Origin: Octopus vulgaris
Lineage: Eukaryota
Length of the DNA: 62,000 nucleotides
Assembly (NCBI GenBank): GCA_951406725.2
Contig: OX597824.1
Span: 32,260,001-32,322,000, forward strand
Direction: 5' to 3'
Made by a program: the position numbers and the translations under genes. Below, in pieces: positions 12,301 to 24,300 of the stretch; the first letter of the stretch is position 1; each line of letters opens with the position of its first letter. The notes below the pieces were generated by a model. It had not been told where the DNA came from and made no database searches. It worked only from the letters and a program-made list of their open reading frames with translations.

Positions 12301-15300
12301 GTAAGACCACTAGGCGTGAGGCACCCCTTATATACACACAGGTGGCATGTAAAAAACACCATTTCGAGCGTGGTCGTTGCCAGTACTGCCAGACTGGCCC
12401 TCGTGCCGGTGGCACGTAAAAGCACCCACTACACTCTCGGAGTGGTTGGCGTTAGGAAGGGCATCCAGCTATAGAAACTCTGCCAGATCAGATTGGAACC
12501 TGGCGCAGCCATCTGGTTCTCCAGTCCTCAGTCAAATCGTCCAACCGATGCTAGCATGGAAAGCGGACGTTAAATGATGATGATGTCTCTAGAACCCACT
12601 TCAAACCCAGGCTACATCTGATAATTGGAAGTGACTTGGTTGGTGAATCCTCTGCAATGCTTGACAATCAACAGCAAGATGAGCTACTACAGATCACAGT
12701 ATCCCAAAAGGTGTATGTGTGTGAACTTGTATCTCCATTGAAACTCTAAACATTTGGTCAGAGCTGGCTCAACTCACCACAGGGGAATGCCACTGCAAGT
12801 ACAAGTAGCAAAAAAAAAAAAGGGGGTTTCGAGCTCTTTGTTTTAAAAATACTTGAAATTCATTCATCATAGGTGGAACTTATGTACCACACCCATCTAA
12901 CCAAGTGGCCAATGATTATAAAACTCTTGTTCCAACAATTCAATGCTGACCTCACTAAATGCTGAAGAATCAACCAAGCACAAAGACATTGTATTTTACC
13001 ATTCACTAAGTTTATTACATAAACATCTTTCTATAATATATAATTTTCTAGATGGTGTAATTTAATTTTTCATTATTGAATTGATAAAAGGTGGTTTTTC
13101 TAATTTATATATATATATATATATATACATATATACACTTACACATATATACACACACAAATATATATACATATGCACACATACATACATCTATCTATGA
13201 GTGCGTCATTGTGTCTGTGTTTGTCCCCGTCAACTACTGGATAACCGATGTTGGTGTATTTACATCCCTGTAACTTAGCAGTTAAGAGACTAACAAAACA
13301 AGTGCCAGGTTTAAAGACAAAAACAAATAATGACTAAAAGTTCTTCAAGGTTGAACTGGCAAATATCATAATTTCATTCTGAAATCTAAAATCAGCAGAA
13401 TGCAGTTACATGGGAAATTACAATAATGACTACAGAAAAGGGTTAATAAATTTTGTTACCTGCTCAAATACATCACTTTCCTTGGCAGGGTTTGTGTCAT
13501 CAAATCTCAAAATCAAACGTCCTTCAAACAATTTTTGATAATATTGATTTAACAAAGCAGCTTTTGCATGGCCAACATGAAGATAACTGAAAAATATATT
13601 AAAAATAATAATGAAGAAAATATTATATGCAAAAAAATAATGCTCCAATTTTTTTTCTCTTAGGTAAAGGTGTGGTTGTGTAGGAAGAAGCTTACTTCCC
13701 GACGTGTTTCCAGGTTCAGTCGCACTCTGTGAAACCTTGGACAAGAGTCTTCAACTATAGCCTTGAGCTGACCAAAGCCTTGTGAATGGATGTGGTAGAC
13801 AGAAACTGAAAGAAGTCCACTGTATATCATCATCATCATCATCATCGTTTAGCGTCCGCTTTCCATGCTAGCATGGGTTGGACGATTTGACTGAGGTCTG
13901 GCGAACCAGACTCCAATCTGATCTGGCAGAGTTTCAACAGCTGGATGCCCTTCCTAATGCCAACCACTCCGAGAGTGTAGTGGGTGCTTTTACGTGCCAG
14001 TTAGGTGGTACTGGTAACGGCCACACTCAAATGGTGCATTTTATGTGCCACCTGCACAGGAGCCAGTCCAGCAGCACTGGCAACGACCTCGCTCTAATGT
14101 TGTTGTATTTGGGGATGGTTATGTTACCAGTTTAGCCAATAAAAACACACGCACTATATATTTGGGGTTCACTTGCTTCAGCTTTATTTTATAGTAATCG
14201 TATTTCAGTCAGAGTTCTTTCGTCACACTTCTGTGACCTCATCAGTGGTCCTTTGCTTTCTTCTTTCTTTTTTGTGTGTCTTTCCTACCGAAATACGATT
14301 ACTATAAAATAAAGTTGAAGCAAGTGAACACCAAATATATAGTGCATGTGTTTTTATTGGCTAAACTGGCAACGTGACCATCCCCAAATACAACAGTATC
14401 TGTTTAAACACACGAATTCACATCAAGAATCTTGCAAAACGAATATATGAACGTATATATGTGTGTATGTGTGTATATATACTTATATCTATGTGTGTGT
14501 ATTTATCACCCACCACCGCCTGACAACTGGTGTTGGTGTGTGTATGTCCCTGTAGCTTAGCAGTTCAGCAAAAAGATAGAATAAACATGAGGCTTAAAAG
14601 CAAATAAGTACAGGGGTTGATGCATTTAACTAAAAATTCTTCAAGGTGGTGCCCCAGCATGGCCATCGTTTAATGACTGAAACAAGTTAAAGAGTAAAGA
14701 TACAGAAAAAGGCCCCAAAATGCTAAAATGCATCTGATGCTCTTGATTGACACTGCTGGGACAAATTTTTGCCTTGCTCCTCTGATATTGTGATTTTAAC
14801 ATAGCAAGTTCATAAGCGATGTTATTTCAGGACAAATGCTGCAGTAACTGGCCTATCAAACTGTGTATACATTAAGTATGATACACAGATGGCTATTTTA
14901 ATCCAACACTGACTCAGTTGCATACACTAGATTTATAATCACATATATATTTTTTTGTCAATGAAAAACAATATATAGCAAAAAAATATTCAAAGCTAAA
15001 ACCCAAAGGTCAAAAGATGTTTGTTTCAATCCATCCTCTCCCAGAAAATCTCCAATTTGATACCAACTGATTTCTGACTATGATGCCTTACCCACTTGCT
15101 TCTGGAGGGAATCTTACTACTACTTCTCCTTTTTTAGCATTTGGCAAGTCAACAAATTTGCCTTCTTCTTTTCGGCCCTGAAACAAAGAACACAAACAAA
15201 AAATGTATAAGAATGAAACTTAGAAAAATTAAATAGAGATCGTATGTGAGAAGTGTTATTATAATACAACCATTACATATAAAACATATAAGAATAAAAT

Positions 15301-18300
15301 ATATTACAAAGTATTCACTATGTGCAACAGAAGCAGTGTTACTTTAGAACAGTAAGCTGTATGTCTGCAATATTTCTCGTGATATTACTATCTCACGACA
15401 AATACCACAGTTAATTAGGTTTTCCAACATATATCTGCATTAATATATGATACAGTTTGCTACTATATCATAATATTAACATTATACTTTTCAGGACCTG
15501 ACTTCACTTTATTATTCCTACCCTATTTAATAGCTACTAGCACTATGACCCGGCAACACCGTGTCATAGTGCTTAGTGCATGCATATACAGCTGCATGCG
15601 TGCGCACATACATGCGAGTACTGTCCAAATCTCCGAACAATCACATACAGCTAGCTGGCATTCAATTGACGTATCAAGTTTCAGGCATTTTGATTGGGTT
15701 TTGGATAGAAAATTCACAAAAAAGTCACTTCTAGTGAATTTTTTAATGGCTTTGTGGGGTGACTGGGGAAATGTAAAGATGTGCATGACCACCCTTGGAT
15801 GGTTTTGAATGACCATAGAAAGTGCAAGCCCTCTAACTGAAAAGTTGTGGATTTGTATAAAGGACACACACACAGACATTTTGCCGTTTATATATATAGA
15901 GATTTTCCCAAACTAGCACGTGAAGGAAGGCTTTTGTAGAATCATTTGAATTTTTTGACTGGATATTCTTTCTACAGCTAACCAGTTAAACTGTAATGGA
16001 GGTCAGCTAAAATGGAATAAGTTTGGTAGCTTTTCAGTAGTTAGTAGAAGGCGCGTGGCTCAGTGGTTAGAGCGTCGAGCTTACGATCGTGAGGTTGTGA
16101 GCTTGAATCCCGGACCGGGCTGCGTGTTGTGTTCTTGAGCAAGACACTTTATTTCACGTTGCTCCAGTTCACTCAGCTGTAGAAATGAGTTGTGACGTCA
16201 CTGGTGCCAAGCTGTATCGGCCCTTGCCTTTCCCTTGGATAACACTGGTGGCGTGGAGAGGGGAGGCCGGTATGCATGGACGACTGCTGGTCTTCCATAA
16301 AAAAAAAAAACAACCTTGCCCAGACTTGTGCCTCAGAAGGTAACTCTCTAGGTGCAAACCCATGGTCAGTGTCTGACCGAAGGGGGTCACAAGTAGTAGT
16401 AGTAGTAGCAAGATTTGAACATATGACTATACGGTCAATTATTCCAACACCAGGACCTCACAGCTCTTGTGCTTTAATGGAACAAACTCAGTTTATTTTT
16501 ATGCCAACATTTAAACAATGCATCTCTATCACACAATACATTGTCATCATTATCATTATTGTTCTAATGTCCATTTTTCCATGCTTGCATGGCTTGGATG
16601 GAATTTATCCAGGCAGATTTTCTATGTCTGGATGCCCTTCCTGTTGCCTATCCCAGGCAAGGGGGCAGTAACAAAGACACACGAACACAACAGGTTTCCA
16701 CACTTTCTCTCTACCGAATCCATTTACAAGGCTTTCACTGGTGAAGGGCTATAGTATAAGACATTTGTCCAATGTGCAACACAGGCAGACTGAACCCAAA
16801 ACCATATGGTTGGAAAGCAAACTTCTAATCATGTAGCGATAGTTTTCCAGCTTACCAGCTCCTGTCAAACCATCCAACATGGAAAATGGATGTTAAATCC
16901 AGCATGAAAGATGGATGTTAAATGATGAATATAATAATGTGTATTAAAGCATGTAATATAGGCCCAACTGCACATATAGGACTTAGGTTGATTTTTGAGA
17001 CATTTTTTTGGAAAACAAATGTGTCATATAAGCCATCAAATATACTCTTTACTTTTACTTGTTTCAGCCATTTGACTGTGGTCATGCTAGAGCATCGCCT
17101 TTAGTCGAGCAAATCGACCCCAGGACTTATTCTTTGTAAGCCTTGTACTTATTCTATGGTACCTACAAGGCCTGAAATTTCTTAATTCCAAGTTTTTTCA
17201 ATTCCATCATAGAACATAAAACACTACCTTTTGTTGGTTTATTATTTGGTAACAAAAACCTGGCCCCTGTTCCCTGCTCACATTCTCTAATCCCCCATCT
17301 CCTAGCATAAAGCCAACCCTCACCTTGCCTTGAGTATCACAGTCTCACAAGCAGCATGGTGACCTCACTAGTGCCGGTGCCATGTAAAAAGTACCAAGTA
17401 CATGCTGTAAAGTGGCTGGCATTAGGGAAGGCATCCAGCTGCAGCAACTGTTTCAAAGCAGACATAATGCAGTCTTTGGACCCAACAGATTCTGTTGCCG
17501 ATCAACCTATGCCTGCATGGATATTAAATGATAATGATGAGGATAAATAATAAATTAAAGGAAAGGGTGAATTGAGTAAACTTACTTCTTTTAGAGTGTC
17601 GAGTTTAAGAGAAGGATTACTGAGAACTGATTGAAAAGCTTCTTGTGAAGTTAAGAAGTTATAGAAACGCAGAGTATTTTGGGGTACATTTGCTTTCTGG
17701 GTCATTTGCTGCCATCTTTTACTGACTGGAAAACATTAAAACAAACAATGAAAAACAATTAGGATATTATTTAATTTCCATGAGAGTAAAAAATAAGTTT
17801 GGTTTAAGATGCTAGACAACAAATACAAAGAATTGCAATTTCAAATCCTGGTAGCTTTGTATAATATTTAATCCCTGATGAACCCAGAGCAAACAGACTT
17901 CTAGTCAAGGCATTTCAGTGTGATTATCGTAACTTATTTTCAGAGACAGCATATCTAGGACTACATAATCCAAAGTGCACATCCATTTTATTAGAGATTT
18001 TAGGAAGATTTGGCTGCTATTTCTAGCAATTTGAATTACCAAATAGCAGCTCTCTCATTGGCTTGACTAGTACTGTGTCTAATTGCTTCAGAGGCTCATT
18101 TTTACACCAGTATGTTTAAAGTAAAGTAAAACTTTCAGTTACAACAATCCAGACACAAAACTGAATTAAGAACAAACAACATTGATAAAAAAAAGTACAC
18201 TGACATAGTGCTGAAAGTTTAGTGTTACATGGTTAAACATTAAAATATTTGAGAAATGTCAATAACCTGCTGTAAATGGTGTACAACTGGCATAGGCACG

Positions 18301-21300
18301 CATCCTCTATAATGCCTTCTATTTCTGTAACTCAATAACGGCATGGTTAATTGCTGCCTTTTGATCTTTCAAGAAATTATAAATAGAAAATAGACAATAC
18401 TTACAGTGGAGTTGTTTCCATATAAAAATATCTGCCAAAGTCAGCTGGTGTCCAACTAAATATGTAATTGGTCCCAGAACTTTATCTAGGTGATAAACAT
18501 CTTTATCAAATGAAGCATCAGAGAACTGGGTCTGAGCAAAATCAATCCAAAAATCAATCTATTTGAATAAAAAGAAAAAAAAAAAGCCAATATATATCAA
18601 TACTATAGATATATGGAAACAATTGTGCTAATAAGGTAAGCTTGACCCTTTAGCATTCAGATTACTCTGTCAAATGTAATGCTTATTTATTCTTATTGCT
18701 TTTAATTAATCATGCATTATCTCACAGCTTTGAGATTTCAATGATGTGACTGTACATTTTTAGAATTACATTTTAGGGTAGATGAGAAAGGCTGGATCTA
18801 GTCAGTTTGAACATAAAGCAGGTAGAATATTTTGGCTGGATTTGTCCAGTTTAAATGCTAAAGGGTTGAACAACATCTTAAAAAATAAACAGCGGTGGTG
18901 CCCCACCATGGCCGCGACCTTCGGGCTAAAACATTTTAAAGGATTTATATCTTTAAATGACAGTTGTGTTTATATGTGATGGCATATGGCCTCGTGGTTA
19001 AGGTGTTGCACTCACAATCACAAGATTGTGGTTTCAATTCCTGGACCGGGTGGAGTGACGCGCTCTTGAGCAAAACACTTAATTTCATGTTGCTCCAGTT
19101 TACTCAACCATAGAATGTTAACTCTACAACAGATTGACAACCTGATCAAGGGAAAAGTTGTGACCTAAGTCACAAATACACCATACTTTGAGTAACCAGC
19201 CTAATGAGTTCTAGGAATTGGTCACTATACACCATGGGAACTAAGTAACCAGTGCTATGAGTTCTAGGGCTCAAAATAGTGCTAAATGTATGCTTATAGA
19301 TGGCAGAGAAAAGCGGACTACTCATACATAGAGAATAGCAGACACATCTTGAATAACTGATGTTCAGAAAATATTTTGAGTTGAGAATTTTTATAGAATG
19401 TATGTCACAGATTATCATCATCTCTGTAAATAATGCAATAAAATGTTCCTCTGATGACCTATTGTGGTTATGCATCTAGTTGCACTTGAAACATCCAATG
19501 CTGACATTGCAAACAACCACAATGGTGAAACATACACAGGGAACTAATGATTTTTTTGAACTTGTGTTTATTGTAATTTCTTATATATATATTCTTTAAT
19601 TTGTTTTGGTCATATGACTGTGGCCATGTAGGAGAAGCACCTTTATGGGTTTTAGTTGAAGAAATCGACCCCCAGGGCTTATTCTTTGTAAGCCTAGTAC
19701 TTATTCTATTAGTCTCTTTTGCCGAACTGCTAAGTTACAGAGACATAAACACACCAGCATTGGTTGCCAAGTGATGGTGGGGGCGGGGGAGACAGACACA
19801 CACACACACATGTGATAGGCTTCTTCCAGTTTCCGTCTACCAAATCCACTCACAAAGTTTTGGTTGGCCCAGGGCTATAGCAGAAGACACTTGCCCAAGG
19901 TGCCACACAGTGGAACTGAACCTAGAACCATGTGGTTGGGAAACACACTTCTTACCACAGAGCCAAGCCAAGAAACAAAGAATTGGTTGTAACTTATTAA
20001 AACATTGTTAATATTCATCTCAATATTGAGTACAAGGTGGCAAGCTGGTAGAATCGTTAGCATACAGGGCAATATGTTTAGCGACAGTTCAGAGTTCAAA
20101 TTCCACCAAGGACGACTTTACCTTTCAGGATTGATAAATAAGTACCAGTTGAACACTGGGGTTGATGTATGTGACTTACCCCCAACCCCTGAAATTGTTG
20201 GCCTTGTGCCAAAATTTGAAATTAATATCAAGTATAAATTTTACCTCAGTTGCTTCAAGCAAAGAAGAGCCATATAAAGGACTTGAATTTGAACGAACCA
20301 AATACCGACACATTGATGCATCTCCTTCAAGAGTTGTATTACTGTGAAAATAAATTATAACTGGTCTTAGAATAAAATTACAACATGATTACTCTTTTCT
20401 TTCAATGAAGCTGTAAATAAGTAAAAAGGAATAATTCATGAAAAGGCTTCCAGTCAACTAACTGATGTAAATCAAGTCTTAACTTCAAGGTCAACAACTA
20501 CTAAAGACTGAGACATAAAGCTCAAAGAAAATCCTATGAAGGCTTGGGGTGCATAGTGCTTTGGCTACTGAGTCCATGATTGTTACATAAGGCACTACAT
20601 TTCATGTGGTTTCAGTTTGCTCAGCTGAAAATGTGTACTAGTAATACCTGGGGGAATTTAACCCTGCATTGTCAAGCTGGTGTTCCATTCAGGAGGGGCA
20701 AGTCTAATACTATCAATGGCTTAAATGCTACTGAAACCAAAATAAACTCTTGCTTAAAGGGCCAGTAATTTAGAGACAAACTTTAAAATTCTACTGGGTC
20801 TCTACATTGCTGCAAGTGTCTGCCTGGGGAAATTCACTGAACCAGTAATATACATAGCATCAGAACTAAGCTCAAAAGTAAGAGCACATGTATCAGATTC
20901 CTCATCAAAGTCAATCATACCTAACAGTGGCTTGGAAATAACTGTACCTAAGTTGAGGTGGTCTTGTCTTGTGAGTTGCTTCATGACCTCACTAGTACCA
21001 GTGCCATGTAAAAAGTACTCAGTATACTTTACAAAGTGATTGGAAGGGTGTCCAGACATAGAAACCTTGCCAAAGTAGTAATATTGGAAAGGAATGATAC
21101 TGCTTATGAGACAGTGAAAGCCGTTTTCAACTATCCTATAATGTCCTGTGCGAGGTCACTGGAGATGGCGAGCCATTCGCGGTTCCATCTGCGAAGACCG
21201 ACCACCTGCGGACCTGAGAGTTTGGAGAGGTCTTCCTTTATCGTAGAGCGTGGGCTGCCATGGTTTGTGATGCTGTTAGGACCAGAGAAGAAGCCAGCTC

Positions 21301-24300
21301 AACCCGCCCTGGGTGAATGCCGTCACAAGTACAAGTAGGTAAGTATCCTATAATGTCAAAACAAGGGGACACAAACTCACAAAGACATATACATACACAC
21401 ACACAGAGGCTGCTTTCAGTTTCTGTCCAACCCATGCCAGCATGGAAAGTGGATGTTAAATGATGATAAAATCCACTCACAAGGACTTGGTCAGCCCAGG
21501 GCCATAGCAGAAGACACTTGTTCACAGTGTCAAGCAGTGGGACTGAACTTGAAACCATAAGGTTAGGAAGTAATCACACAGCTAAACCTGCACCTATATA
21601 AATATATATACACACAGACAGACAGAAAAGGTTCCCATAAAACATTGTTTTATGTTTATTTTAACTTGAAAAGGTTTATATTTTTTATTAATTGACATTT
21701 TTATTTTAAGTTCTATACGTAACTGTTTAATCACACCATGCACAAAGGAAGCCTTGGAACATATTCAAATAAATATATGTCTATATTGCAGAAAGGACTC
21801 CTTCCAATCTTCAGTAGTGAAATAAAAAAAAAAACTCTTTATTTATGGAAGATGGGGCTCCTTGTCACACAGCTAAAAGCTTCCATAGCCACGCCTGTAA
21901 CCAGATACGAACTCTACTGAACACCTCTGGGGCATAATGGACAAGACACTTATGCAAATGGAATGTCTACTAAATATTAGATATTGACATTATAATAATT
22001 AATAAATAATTTGAATGTATAATTTCAGAATGAAATAAATTTTAATGATTATAAGGGTGTCTATTTACTTGTCATGTCCTTGTGTGTGTGTCTGTGTGGA
22101 TATATATATATACGCACACACACATATATTCTCATTATTTTGCAATTATTAGCATCAAGCTAAACTAGAGAAGAGCAAATAGCTGGCATTTCAAACAAAC
22201 GTAACCAACACGGGAACTTTTAAGGGGAAACAATTATATAATGTATCATCTTATGTAAAGTTAGTAATCTGCTACAGTTGACGTTTGGTGCATTTGGTAC
22301 TATGCTGAATGCATATTCCTTGTTTGCTGATGGCCAATTTATCCATCACTGTGCTGTCAAGTTCACTCATTATTATAGTCATTCTCATGGTTCCTGATAT
22401 GCTCCAAAAAATGTCAGCTACAATAGTTACAATAAGACATCCTGCATAAAGTTCAATGAACTGTTATTAGTCAAAATAAAGTTCAATGAACTGCTATAGT
22501 TGGCATAAAGTTCAAGTAAATTTTGGGTCAATCTGTCTGAATATCCTCAGGAGAGTAACTAAGAATTAATTCTGTCTCATGGTGGAGAGGCAGACGTGGA
22601 AAAACAACATCCAACCAGAAAACATGCACATCAAAAAATTTTAGCTGACCCTTGACATAAGAAAATGTTACCCTACCAAAAAAAAAAACACTACAAAACC
22701 CTGCAATTATTTCATCCAGTCAGTATTAAAATTATTTAGTTGTAAAAAATATGTGGGGTTATTTTCAACAAAAAATCTATCTAAAGTATGATAACAGTAG
22801 TTCAGTGAATAATTAACTCTTAGCATTCAGATTACTCTGTCAAATGCAATGTTTATTTATTCTCATTATTTTTAATTAATCACGTGTAATTTTGGTACTT
22901 TGGGATTTTTTTCTGTAATTGTTTATTTTCAAAATGACATTGTAGGGTGGGTGTGAGAGGCTGACTACTTTGAACATAAAACAGGTAGAATATTTGGCCT
23001 GGACATAGCCAGTTTAAATGCAAAAGGGTTACTTTGAAGGAAAATATGCAGAGAAGAAAAACAACTTAATATAGACTATAACCATACCTGTCTATTTCAA
23101 TGGAATTGACATTTTTGTATTTAATATCACAAGAGAATTTGGATGCTGACTTGAAGTTTTCAAGAACCAACAGACTGGCTGTAAAAAAAACAAAAATGAA
23201 GAAGTATGTATATATATTCCTGACCAAAATATTATTTTCTGATTTCATACATAATTCTTGTAGATTTAGAAAAATGAGCAAATTGGAAAGACTTTTATGT
23301 GATCAGATCAAATGCAGAAGAAGAGAAATAGTTCCAAGGAATAGTGAACAAATTCTAAATGTGGAAGCAAAGCTTAAAATTGGAAGAGCTCAACGTAAAT
23401 TAAGCAAAATTGAAAATTTTAGTGAACAAGGAAGAAGTCAGGACTCTACTGCCATCTATGTTAAGCTAACATAAGAAATAAAATAAGAGTATGCAGGAAT
23501 TCCATTCAGGTACACAAGCTGTTTCAGCGAGATCCTCGGACTTTGTGTGAAGACACACAAGAATATGGAACGAGACAGTTGACAGCTGTTATTTGGATGC
23601 CAATGATTTGGCACAACTGACTGGACATTCAGCCAGTTTTGGTGCACAGAAATATACACAAAGACACAAAGAGAAAGAGAGATGGAGAGAGAACAACAGA
23701 AACATTAAAATGTATTCAAGAGTCGAGTAACTTGTAAGATTTGTAATATAAATGATATTAGGCATTCAAGCATAAATTTGAGTCAGAACAAACACTGCAG
23801 GTTCACTACTAGGGTTTAAACCATGTAGCTATCACTTATTGGGTTTCTGTATGACTTGTAACACAAAGAGTGCTTTTTCCTTGCACACTTTCATGAATTT
23901 ACCAACCCTGTCCAATCTTCTGTACTGCTTCTGTTATATTTACCTTTCTATACCTTATGGTTGTGAAAGGGAGGCGAGCTGACAGAAACATTAGCACATC
24001 GGGTGAAATGTGTAGCCGTATTTCGTCTGCCGTTACGTTCTGAGTTCAAATTCCGCCAAGGTCGACTTTGCCTTTCATCCTTTCGGGGTCGATAAATTAA
24101 GTACCAGTTACGCACTGGGGTCAATGTAATCAAGTTAATCCGTTTGTCTGTCCTTGTTTGTCCCCTTGTGGGTAGTAAAGAAATATATACCATATGGTTG
24201 TGAAAGCTGGACTCTTACAGCTGACATGCAGGTATGTCAGAATTCAGGTATTTGAGCACAAGTGCTTTCAGAGACAATTACACATGCTGTACACAGAACA

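Noticed and set aside
16049-16120. tRNA gene (also heads at 8082, 28545, 37616, 54043)
   Set aside because: A/B boxes are present but there is no acceptor-stem closure, and each runs into a shared SINE body.
23270-23474. Plus-strand [19 protein letters not shown].. antisense to EPRS
   Set aside because: Short, no recognisable motif, overlaps an EPRS exon in antisense upstream; probably chance or decayed LINE.
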